A stretch of 19,555 bases of DNA, taken from assembly GCA_031362565.1 (NCBI GenBank), contig JANLSU010000049.1, positions 1 through 19,555 on the forward strand, in the 5' to 3' direction. The stretch is from a bacterium. GTDB lineage: Bacteria; Krumholzibacteriota; Krumholzibacteriia; G020349025. Positions 1 to 9,300 of the stretch are shown piece after piece; within the stretch, counting starts at the first letter, position 1; every line of letters starts with the position of its first letter. The notes beneath the pieces were generated by a model that saw only the letters and a list, made by a program, of their open reading frames with translations, was not told where the DNA came from and made no database searches. A program made the translations under genes and the position numbers.

Positions 1-2
1 AC

Positions 3-794
3 CTCGTCAATATGCTCTCCCAATACTTGGCGATCGAGGCGCTGGTGTATGCGGCGGTTGCCGGCGCCTTCATGTTCGTGCGTGCCCACCGCGAAGCGGA
101 GGCCCGCGCCTTGGCGGCAGAGGCGCTTCGCGCCCAGTTGGAAGAAGCGCGTCTCGCGGCGCTGCACAGCCAGTTGGCGCCGCATTTCTTGTTCAACACC
201 CTGAATGCGATCTCCACTCTGGCGCTCAAGGGCCAGGGGGAGGCGGTGACGCGGGCGCTCTCGACGCTCGCCGATCTGCTGCGATTCGTGCTCGACAAAG
301 ACGGCGGTCCCGAAATCCAGCTCGTGGACGAGTTGACGTTCGTGGACCGTTACTTGGAGTTGCAGCAGTTGCGCTTCGCGGACCGGCTGGTGGTCGAGCA
401 TCGCGTCGAGGCGGGAGTGTTGCAGGCAGCGGTACCGCGGCTCTTGTTGCAACCCATCGTCGAGAACGCGGTGCGCCACGGACTCGAGGACACGGGTGGC
501 GGCCAGGTGACCCTGGCGGCGCGCCGCGACGGCGCCGAATTGGTGCTGGAGATCAGCGACCGGGGGTTGGCGTGCCGCAGCCTCGGGCAGGCGGGACCCG
601 TGTCTGCTTCCGCGTCCGCTTTGGCGCCGGCGCCGCAACTCGCCCCATCGGGTATCGGCCTGAAGAACACCCGCGCCCGCCTCGAAGAACTGTACGGCAA
701 GGCGCAGAGCTTGGAACTTCTCCCGTCCGAAGCCGGCACCACGGTTTGCATTCGCTTGCCGTACCGCCCGGCGCCCGGGAGCACGACGCCATGA
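3..794 (+). CDS. LytS/YehU-family sensor histidine kinase (5' end probably outside the window)
   Basis: H-box SQLAPHFLFNTLNAI, RYLELQQLRFADRL, N-box LQPIVENAVRHG and G2 GIGLKN are present. The frame is open upstream of ATG 12 (CTC GTC AAT at 3-11) and only one TM-like segment is visible, so the gene probably starts before the window. Confidence 0.93.
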   Translation, partial: LVNMLSQYLAIEALVYAAVAGAFMFVRAHREAEARALAAEALRAQLEEARLAALHSQLAPHFLFNTLNAISTLALKGQGEAVTRALSTLADLLRFVLDKDGGPEIQLVDELTFVDRYLELQQLRFADRLVVEHRVEAGVLQAAVPRLLLQPIVENAVRHGLEDTGGGQVTLAARRDGAELVLEISDRGLACRSLGQAGPVSASASALAPAPQLAPSGIGLKNTRARLEELYGKAQSLELLPSEAGTTVCIRLPYRPAPGSTTP

Positions 795-1561
795 TGCGGG
801 TTGCCATTGTCGATGACGAACCCCTGGCACGCGAGGGACTGCGCCTGTGGCTCGCTCGCGAACCCGATGTGCAGGTGGTCGGCGAGGCGGGCGACGGTGA
901 TGCCGCGGTGGCATTGGTCGAGCGCGAACACCCGGATGTCCTGTTTCTCGACGTGCAGATGCCCGGGCCGGACGGCTTCGCCACGCTCGCCCGCCTGGCA
1001 GACGAGTACCTGCCACTCGTGGTGTTCGTGACGGCGTACGACGAATACGCCGTGCGCGCCTTCGAGGTCCACGCGCTCGACTATCTGCTCAAGCCGCTCG
1101 ACCAGGGGCGGCTGGTGGAGTCCTTGCGCCGGGCGCGTGCGGAACTGGCACGTGGCGACGCTGCAACCAGTCCCGGCCAGGTCGCCGAATTGCTTTCGAC
1201 GCTGGGCACGCCGCTGCCGCACGCGGCCGCTGCCCCCGCGCCGCTAGTGCGCTTCGTGACCCGCGAACGCAGCGGCTTCAAGCTCGTACCGGTCGAGTCC
1301 GTGCAGTGGATCGAATCGGCCGGCAACTATATCGAGCTGCACGCGGGGCGCAGCATCCACTTGGTGCGCATGACATTGGCTGCGGCCGAGTCCCGCCTCG
1401 GGCAGGCGGATTTCACCCGCATCCATCGCACCTTGCTGGTCCGCACCGCAGGTGTGAAGAGCGTTCTGCCGACTGAACACGGCGATTATCGTGTCGTTCT
1501 GGAAGATGGCCACGAGCTGCCCATGAGCCGCCGCTACCGGGACCGTTTGTTGGGACGCTGA
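791..1561 (+). CDS. LytR/AlgR-family (LytTR) response regulator, 256 aa
   Basis: Receiver motifs IVDDEPLAR, FLDVQMP, FVTAYDEYA and DYLLKP; LytTR domain WIESAGNY...FTRIHR...MSRRYR. ATG 791 overlaps the kinase stop (ATGA), so the ORF-track start at 572 is not the real start. Confidence 0.96.
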   Translation: MMRVAIVDDEPLAREGLRLWLAREPDVQVVGEAGDGDAAVALVEREHPDVLFLDVQMPGPDGFATLARLADEYLPLVVFVTAYDEYAVRAFEVHALDYLLKPLDQGRLVESLRRARAELARGDAATSPGQVAELLSTLGTPLPHAAAAPAPLVRFVTRERSGFKLVPVESVQWIESAGNYIELHAGRSIHLVRMTLAAAESRLGQADFTRIHRTLLVRTAGVKSVLPTEHGDYRVVLEDGHELPMSRRYRDRLLGR

Positions 1562-1692
1562 GGCGCGGGCATTGCCAACTTGGACCGCGGTCCTGGACAA
1601 TGGGCCGCTTGCGGAACCTCGCCCGGTTCTTCGACTCCGCGACTTCGAAATCGGCTCGAGCGCCGAGCGACGCCCACGAAGGAGGACGCGCG

Positions 1693-3201
1693 ATGCGGAA
1701 GCATGCAATCACGATCACCTTGCTGGCGGCATCTCTGTTGTACGGGGTGGCGATTGCGGCGGAGCCCGCCGCGCCGCCCAAGCCGGAGCCGCCGGCGGCG
1801 AAGTCCTTCGTGACCCGTCACGACGTCGTCGTCGGCAAAACCAAGCTCGCGTATCAGGCCGTGGCCGAGGAAACGTACTTGCGCGATCACGAGGGCGTGG
1901 CGGAGGCGAGCGTGTTCTCGACCGCCTACTTCCTCGACGGCGCCGACACGGCGACCCGGCCGATTGCATTCTTGTTCAACGGTGGCCCCGGTTCCTCGTC
2001 CATTTGGCTGCACCTCGGTGCCTTTGGCCCGAAGCGTGTCGACGTGCCGTCGGATCCCGTGAATCCAGGCGCGCCGCCCTATCGATTGAAACCGAATCCC
2101 GAAACCCTGCTCGCGGCGGCCGATCTGGTTTTCGTCGATCCCGTGGGCACGGGTTACAGCCACGCGCTTGGCGAGAAGAAGGACAAGGACTTTTGGGGCG
2201 TCGATGAGGACGCGGAATCGATGGCGGCATTCGTGCGCGAGTATCTCACCCGGCACAAGCGCTGGGCCTCGCCCAAGTACTTCATCGGCGAGAGCTATGG
2301 CACGATCCGGGCGAGCCTGCTGGTGCGCGAGCTACAGCTCGGAACTTTGAACAACGTCGCCATCAACGGCGTGGTGCTCGTTTCCGCCGCGCTCGATGTC
2401 CGGGTGTTTCAAAGCGGCGTGCCGGGGAACGATCTCGCCTACGTCACCACACTACCGACGTTTGCAGCGACTGCCTACTATCACAAGGCGCTCGACAACC
2501 CGCCCGCCGACTTCGACGCCTTCCTGCGCGCGGCGCGGAAATTCGCCTCGAACGAATATGTGACCGCACTCTTTCAGGGGGATCCACTGCCCGCGGCCCA
2601 GACGCAGGACATTGCCGACAAGATGCATCAGTTCACCGGCTTGTCGACGGACTTCTTGCGCCGGTCGCGGTTTCGTGTTTCCGCCGATCGATTCCGCAAG
2701 GAACTCCTGCGCCAGCGCGGCCAGACCCTAGGTGCGCACGACAGCCGTTTTCTGGGCCAGGATCCGGACGATGCCGGCGAAGCAGTGGAGATCGATCCGT
2801 TCCTCGGCGCGATCAGCGGCCCGTTCGTCTCGATGATGAATTCGTACCTGACCGGCGAACTCGGCGTTGCACACGACCGTCCGTACGAGAGCTTCGTCAT
2901 CGCCGCCAACCGGGCCTGGAAGCGCTCCGGGAGTGATGGCTGGGCGGATGGTTATCTCTACACGATGCCGTATCTGGCGCAGGCCGCGATCGTCAACTCG
3001 GGTTTCCGGGTCTTCGTCGCGAGCGGCTATCACGACCTCACGACGACGTTCTTTGGCGCCGAGCACCAATTCCAAGCCAGCGGCATCGACCCGGCCCGGG
3101 TGACGATCCGCAACTACAACGGCGGTCACATGATGTATTTGGACGACGGGTCGCGGGCAGAGCTCGCAGCCGATGTCGGGGCGTTCATTCGCGCCCGCTG
3201 A
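1693..3201 (+). CDS. Exported peptidase S10-family serine carboxypeptidase, 502 aa
   Basis: Motifs FNGGPGSSS, FVDPVGTGYS, nucleophile GESYG, GYHDL and GGHMMY. Signal peptide MRKHAITITLLAASLLYGVAIA. SD AAGGAGG at 1679-1685 before ATG 1693. Confidence 0.93.
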   Translation: MRKHAITITLLAASLLYGVAIAAEPAAPPKPEPPAAKSFVTRHDVVVGKTKLAYQAVAEETYLRDHEGVAEASVFSTAYFLDGADTATRPIAFLFNGGPGSSSIWLHLGAFGPKRVDVPSDPVNPGAPPYRLKPNPETLLAAADLVFVDPVGTGYSHALGEKKDKDFWGVDEDAESMAAFVREYLTRHKRWASPKYFIGESYGTIRASLLVRELQLGTLNNVAINGVVLVSAALDVRVFQSGVPGNDLAYVTTLPTFAATAYYHKALDNPPADFDAFLRAARKFASNEYVTALFQGDPLPAAQTQDIADKMHQFTGLSTDFLRRSRFRVSADRFRKELLRQRGQTLGAHDSRFLGQDPDDAGEAVEIDPFLGAISGPFVSMMNSYLTGELGVAHDRPYESFVIAANRAWKRSGSDGWADGYLYTMPYLAQAAIVNSGFRVFVASGYHDLTTTFFGAEHQFQASGIDPARVTIRNYNGGHMMYLDDGSRAELAADVGAFIRAR

Positions 3202-4069
3202 GGTTGCCGCCGCCGTCATCGTCGTCGTCGTCGTCGCCTTCGTGTGCCGGTTGGAACGAGTTCTTGATGTTGCGGGCCACGAGATTGGCGTTGATTTGTC
3301 CCGCGAGCGCCGTGGCTGGATCGACGAAGCGCGTCCGTGCACGGTTCAGGAACCACGTCGAGAGATCGACTCGGACGGTGAGCTCGACGTTCGAACCCGG
3401 CGTCACGGTGACGGGTGGGTCGATCACTTGCTTCTGCTTGGCCTCGGCGCGGGTCACGAACGTGAACGCGGTGTGGTTGAAGGTCCCACTGACGCGGATA
3501 CTCGCGCCGCTCAGGTCCGGACGGCCGGCGAGCAATAGGCTGTCCGCCGCCGAACTCCCGAGCCGATGGATCTTGAACTCGATCTTGCGGTACGTGCCTG
3601 CCGGCAGCGCGATCGGAATCGCCCGCACCGGACCGTTGCCCAGAGGCAGGGTGACGATCAGCGAGCCGGTTTGGACGTCACCGCAGTTGTCACGGTCATC
3701 GTCATCGTCGTCCGCCACCACGTCCCGGCCTGTCGTCGCGACCATGTCGTCATCATCATCGTCGTCGCCGGTGCTACAACTGTCGGTGGCGACTGCCTTG
3801 AGCTTCAAGTGGCGCACCACGATATCGACGCTGTTCACGACCAGCGTGTCGGGCCCCAACGCAAAGGCTTCGGACCCACCTTGCGGCGCTACTGGGCGCG
3901 GACGGGTGACGGGGTTGGCGGACCGGAATGAAACATCCAGGTAGCTCATGCCATTGGCATTCGGTGGCATTTGCGAGCTTGGCACCGTGCTCGGGTTCTC
4001 GGGCCCGTTGCAGGATAGCGTAGCGCCGAGGACAGTGAATGCAGCAACCGTGAGCAGTGATGAACGCAC
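3185..4069 (-). CDS. Putative lipoprotein with Asp-rich tracts (DUF4382-like beta-sandwich suspected)
   Basis: GTG start preceded by an AAGGAGA SD. Hydrophobic leader ending TLS-C (lipobox-like). PAGTYRKIEFKI and VELTVRVDLSTWF resemble DUF4382-type lipoproteins (recollection). Three poly-Asp runs. Confidence 0.75.
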   Translation of the reverse strand: MRSSLLTVAAFTVLGATLSCNGPENPSTVPSSQMPPNANGMSYLDVSFRSANPVTRPRPVAPQGGSEAFALGPDTLVVNSVDIVVRHLKLKAVATDSCSTGDDDDDDDMVATTGRDVVADDDDDDRDNCGDVQTGSLIVTLPLGNGPVRAIPIALPAGTYRKIEFKIHRLGSSAADSLLLAGRPDLSGASIRVSGTFNHTAFTFVTRAEAKQKQVIDPPVTVTPGSNVELTVRVDLSTWFLNRARTRFVDPATALAGQINANLVARNIKNSFQPAHEGDDDDDDDGGGNLSGRE

Positions 4070-4241
4070 GAGTGTGTCTCCTTGCTCGCCAATGCGCTGG
4101 CACGTCGACGCACGGCGGTGATGGCTTCATCGTACCGCGAGACGCCGGGTGATTTCTAGTTTCACCTTGAAATGCCGTGAATTCAGCTCGGTTGAGGCTT
4201 GAAAATACGTCGCGATGTGGGTGAAACAACCCACCAATCTC

Positions 4242-6302
4242 TCAGGTCGATGAGCCGGCCGCACGCACCCGGATCGAGGCCTTGGCACGCGCCCCGGCCT
4301 CGTCGACCACCTCGAGTTTGTAGAACCCCGGTGCGCTGGGCCGCCAGACCGGTTGGCCGCCGGTGGATTCGCGTCGAACCGGGACTCCATCGACGTACCA
4401 CGCCGGGGCGCCGGTACCGCCGCGCGATGCGAGTGCCACACCACGCCCGCCGGGTCCGAACTCGGCCACGAACAGCTCGACGCCTTGGGCCGGGAAGATG
4501 ATGACGGGCCGTTCGTTATGCGCCGCTGCAAAGGTCGCAAGCGCCGGCGGTGGCGCTGCATCGGGTTCGACGTCGCGCGCTTCCGTGCCGGCATTCGGCA
4601 ACCGGTCGAAGGCGTCGAACAACAGTGGCAACGCCGCCGCACGTCCGGTTTCACCACGTTGGGCGGCGCCGTCGGCACGGCCCACCCAAACGACGATCGT
4701 CCAATCGGCGGTGAAACCGGCCGCCCAGGCGTCGCGAAAGCCGTACGACGTCCCGGTCTTGAACGCGATCTGCGGCGCCGACGCCGCGAGCCGGGCGGGG
4801 GCGCGTCCAGCCGGACTTGGCCCGTTGCGCAGGATCGCGGCGATTTCCTGGGCCGAGTGCGGCGTCATGAGTTGATAGCCGCTGTCTTTCGCAACCGCGG
4901 CTTGCTCTTCCGCAGTCCACACCAGCGGCCGAACGCGGCCGCCTTGCGCCAGACCCGCGTAAAGGCGCGTCAACTCTTCGAGCGTGATGCCGGCGCCGCC
5001 GAGCGCAATCGCGAGGCCCGGCTCGGCGTCGGCGCGGTCCGGGAGCGCCGGCGTCGTACCGGCCGCGACGAGTGTCGCCCAAAAGCGGCGTGCTCCGACG
5101 CGTTCGAGTGCGGCGACGGCGGGCACGTTGAGCGAGTGCTGCAACGCTTCCCGCACTTTCACTTGGCCGTGAAACGTCTTGTCGAAATTCTCCGGCAAGT
5201 AACCGCTGAAGCGATGCGGCGCATCATCGATGATCGTGCCCGGGGCGGCGAGGCCGTCATCGAATGCGAGTCCGTACACGAACGGCTTGAGCGTCGATCC
5301 CGGTGAACGCGGCGCGCGCGTCAGATCCATCCAGCCGCCCGGCCGGTCGAGACCCGCGGAACCTACCGCGGCCCGGACCGCATTGGTCCGGTTGTCGACG
5401 AGGAGAAGCGCCGCATGCACGTCGTTGCCTTTGCGGACGGCATGATCGCGCGCCAGGGATTCCATTTCGATTTGCAAACCACGGTCGAGAGTCGAGTGGA
5501 CTTCGGGGCTGCCGCTTGCAGCGCGCCCGAGCCGCACCGCCGCGTGGTACGCGGCTCCCGTGAACGCGCGGCGCTGGGGCAGAGTGGTCTCCGACGCTTC
5601 CAATGCAACGCCCGCGGAAATGCAACCGCCGGCGGTGAAGCGCCGTAGGACTTGGGCGCGCGCCGTGCGCGCGGCTGCAACATGGCGGTCGGGCCGGCGC
5701 CGCTCCGGGGCTTGCGGCAGGGCGATGAGCAGCGCCATCTCCGCGTCGCTCAATGCGCTCGGTTCGTGATTGAAGTAGGCCAGGCTCGCGGCACGGACGC
5801 CTTCGAGATTGCCGCCGTACGGCGCCAGCGTCAGGTAAAGCTCCAAGATTTCGCGTTTCGAAAGCCGGGCTTCGATTTGTACGGCGCGAACGATTTCGAT
5901 CACCTTGGACCGGATCGTGCGCGGCCGCGGCTCGAGGAGCCGCGCCGTTTGCATGGTGATCGTCGAACCGCCGGAGACGATGTGCCGGGCGGCCATCGCG
6001 GCGCCGGCGGCACGCGCGAGCGCGGCGCAATCGAAGCCGGGATGCGACCAGAATCGCTTGTCCTCGGAGGCGATCAAGCGGCGCACGAACACTGGGTCGA
6101 CGGCCTTGAGACGCACTGCGAATCGCCACCGTCCGGCGTGCGTAGGGAGGGCGCGGATCCACTCGCCCTCGTGATCGAGAACGAGGCACGAAACATCGCG
6201 GCCGCGTTCGAGCGGCGGCGGCAACAAGCGATCGAGCAACACGACGGCGACGACGCAGGCCGCCGCAACCCGGGCGATTCTTCTGAACCGTAGATACAGC
6301 AT
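4242..6302 (-). CDS. pbpC: Penicillin-binding protein 1C
   Basis: N-terminal TM; transglycosylase motifs EDKRFWSHPG and GGSTITMQ; transpeptidase motifs STLK, SLN and KTG; C-terminal beta domain. Lies 3 nt downstream of the alpha-2-macroglobulin gene, the established yfhM-pbpC arrangement. Confidence 0.95.
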   Translation of the reverse strand: MLYLRFRRIARVAAACVVAVVLLDRLLPPPLERGRDVSCLVLDHEGEWIRALPTHAGRWRFAVRLKAVDPVFVRRLIASEDKRFWSHPGFDCAALARAAGAAMAARHIVSGGSTITMQTARLLEPRPRTIRSKVIEIVRAVQIEARLSKREILELYLTLAPYGGNLEGVRAASLAYFNHEPSALSDAEMALLIALPQAPERRRPDRHVAAARTARAQVLRRFTAGGCISAGVALEASETTLPQRRAFTGAAYHAAVRLGRAASGSPEVHSTLDRGLQIEMESLARDHAVRKGNDVHAALLLVDNRTNAVRAAVGSAGLDRPGGWMDLTRAPRSPGSTLKPFVYGLAFDDGLAAPGTIIDDAPHRFSGYLPENFDKTFHGQVKVREALQHSLNVPAVAALERVGARRFWATLVAAGTTPALPDRADAEPGLAIALGGAGITLEELTRLYAGLAQGGRVRPLVWTAEEQAAVAKDSGYQLMTPHSAQEIAAILRNGPSPAGRAPARLAASAPQIAFKTGTSYGFRDAWAAGFTADWTIVVWVGRADGAAQRGETGRAAALPLLFDAFDRLPNAGTEARDVEPDAAPPPALATFAAAHNERPVIIFPAQGVELFVAEFGPGGRGVALASRGGTGAPAWYVDGVPVRRESTGGQPVWRPSAPGFYKLEVVDEAGARAKASIRVRAAGSST

Positions 6303-6305
6303 GGC

Positions 6306-9300
6306 TCAATTCCCAGCTGGCGCGATGGTGATGCTCGCGGCCGCTGTCCGGCCCAGGAACGCGGGACGGTACATGTCCTCGATCACCGCGCCCGGCATGG
6401 CGAAGGTGCCGGGGGTCACGATGCGGACAATGTACGCGAGGGTGAGACGTGTGGCCCGGACATCGAGCGCCGCCACGAAGCGATCGTCACGTGCCTCGGC
6501 GACGCGCGTCGGGTCGATCGTTCCGAGCCACGCATACGGACCGGCCGGGCGCGTGCCTATGGCATGCACTTCGGCAGCCCCGTCCTCGGGCCGGAGCACG
6601 GCTTCGATCTCGAAGCCCGCCGGCAGGAGATCCACGACCACCGCCGGATGCAGGCGCTGGTCCTTGGGGGTGCCGGAAAGGGCCACGACGACGCGATCGC
6701 CCTGGCGCAAGGCGGTGAGATTCGCCGGCTGGCCATCGCGTGTATAGATGTGCTTGGTGACCGCAAAGCCCGCTTCGACGGCAGGGGGTGCCGCGACCGG
6801 TGCGCCGGACCGCGTCACCGAGCGCCAGAGGGCACCCGGGCTGTCATTGCGGAACGTCATGCCGCGGGCGATGTCGTCCGGGCCCGGGGCGAAACGGGGC
6901 GTCGGGCCGAGGTCTTTCGCCGCCGCGCCGTCCACGCCGATGCGCGCCGCCCCCGCCGACTTCAAGAGTGCCGAGGCCGCGAACAAAAGCTCCGCTTTTT
7001 CCTGCGTCTGCAATTCGTCGGCGCTCTTCATCAAGCTCTCGAGACGCGTGCCGAGACGCTCGACGCGGCCGGTCTCACCGGCTTCCGCCGCCAGCGCCAA
7101 CATCCCGGCGACATCGCGCAACGGTGTTTGGTAGTAGTCGCCATCGTTGGTGTAGCCGATTGCCTGCTCGGCGGCATCGAATGCCGACGTCGACCGGGCG
7201 CGGTCGCCGAGGGCCAGCAACGCCGCTGCCACTTGCGCCTTGGCGAGCGGGCTCGGTTCCTTGGCCAACACCGCGTCGTGGAAATAACGCACTTCGCCGA
7301 GATCGGCCTCGCCGGCGCGCGCCAGCACGTAGAGCGCATAGGCTGCGGCGCGCGATCGCAAGCGCTCGGTCGTATCCTGCGTCGACCACCCGTAGTGAAG
7401 GGCCATCGTGTAGCCGAGGTTCGCCGAGCGCTCGACGCGCGAGATTTGCGTCATCGCATCGTACGACTGGGCGAGTGCCGCATCCGGCACCGCGTAACCC
7501 TTCGCCTTGGCGCGCATCAGGAAGTCGGTGACGTAGGCTCCGAGCCATGGCGATGCGTAACCATCCGCCGAGTGCCATAGGCCGAAGGCGCCGTCGGGGC
7601 CTTGCCGGTCGAGGAGCTTGTTGATGGCGTCTTGGACACGCGGCCGCAGTTCGAGCGCCTTGTCGCGTCTGAGGACCGCACCCAGGTCATCGACGAAGAG
7701 CAACGGGAAGGCCGTGCTGACGAGTTGCTCCGTGCACCCGTACGGATAGCGCCAGAGTGCATCGAGCAGCGGTGCCGGGTCGACGCCACGGAGCGGCGAA
7801 TACGACACGCCGAGCGACGCCGTACTCGCGACCAAACCCGCGAGCGCATCCTTGGGCAACGCATAGGTCTCGCCCGGACGCTGCAACACGGTTTCGGTCG
7901 TGGTGATGGGCAAGTACGGTGACCGAACTTCGATCGGATAACGGCGCGCAACGTTGAAGTTGTTCGGCGCCGAAATGGACAAGGTGATCTCGCCGACGCC
8001 GACCGATGCGGCGCGGAGCGGGAACGTGCCGGTGCGGCGCTCGCCGGCGGCGAGCGTAAAGGTCTGCCCGCCGCCTTGCGAACTGATCGTGCCGGAACCG
8101 GACACCTGGGCCGCGTAACCGCCCGGCGCACCCTCCACATTGTGAATGGCAAGGGTCGCGAGCGCCTGGTCGCCCGGAGCCAGGAAGCGCGGCAGTACGA
8201 GATCGGCCGGCACGATGTCACGCACGGTGAGCGGTCTAGCGGCGGCGCCGACCGCCTGCGGGCTCCAGGCCACCGCCATTAGGCGCAGTTCGCCGTTGAA
8301 GTCGGGAATGTCGAGCGGAATAGTCGCCTTGCCGTTGCGACCGACGTTCACGACACCTGAATAGAGGGCGACTGTCTTGGTCGGCACGACCGTCAGGCCT
8401 TCGCCGCCCAATTGGTCGCTGCCGAAATGCGCCGGGGCGCCGAGATTCGGGTCGAGCAAGCGGCCGTAGTCATCGTGAATCTTCAGTCCCAGGCGTTTCT
8501 TGCCGTAGTACCACTCGACCGGGTTCGGGGATTCGAATTTGGTGAGACGCAGAATCCCTTCGTCAACGGCCGCGAGCGTCATCCACACCTTGTCGCCGGC
8601 CGCGGGGCCCGTGAAGGTCACCGGCACGTCGAGCTTCTGCCGCGGCCGCACCGTGTCGTGCGTGTCGAGCGTCATCGCCAGCGTGCGCCGATGCATGTCG
8701 AAGGCCACATAGGCGACGCCGACCGCCCGCCGCGGCACTGGCCGGTCCTTGGGTGAGCGCGGCGTAATGACGGTGACGAGCACGTAGACGCCCGCGCCCC
8801 AACTGGGATCGGTCGCGATCTGCATCTCCATGCCTTTCTCGGGCACTTGGACCTGGCGCATCGCCAGAACGCGATCCGAGGCGACGACGATTTGCGCTTC
8901 GCCGGCGTACGGTGGCGCGATGCCGAACTTGAGCGCCGAACCGGCAGCGATGGGTGTGGCGGGCCCGGTCACGACGGCGCGATCCGGAGATTCGGCATTG
9001 GCGGCATAGGATCCCCAGCCGACATGGAAGCGGACTGCCGTCTCGGCGTTGCGCCGCACCTCGCTCGCGATCAAGCGGTAGTTGCCCCACGGCAGGCGTT
9101 TGGCGATGGTCGCCGGAGTCGCCGTTCCGAGATCGGCGGTGCCTTCGGCGATCAGAATGTCACGCGCCGAACGCCGCCAGTGCCATTCACCGGCTTCGCG
9201 GTACCAGTCGAAGTTCCAGTCCTCCTCCATGAGCCGCCAACCGACTTGTGCCGCAACCCGCGTGCCGCGCGCATCGACGGCGATGGCTTCGAATGCGGCG

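Noticed and set aside
3185..3201. Short convergent 3' overlaps (here and at 17180-17194) as antisense regulation
   Set aside because: Overlaps of 15-17 nt between convergent genes are common in GC-rich genomes, and nothing else supports a function.
3215..3235. (GTC)n tract as a phase-variation switch
   Set aside because: Trinucleotide units keep the frame and encode poly-Asp with mixed codons.
4127..4204. ECF-like TGAAAC...CGTC and repeated CTTGAAA upstream of the lipoprotein gene
   Set aside because: The 14-nt spacer is too short for a typical ECF promoter, and a 7-bp repeat alone is too weak to call.
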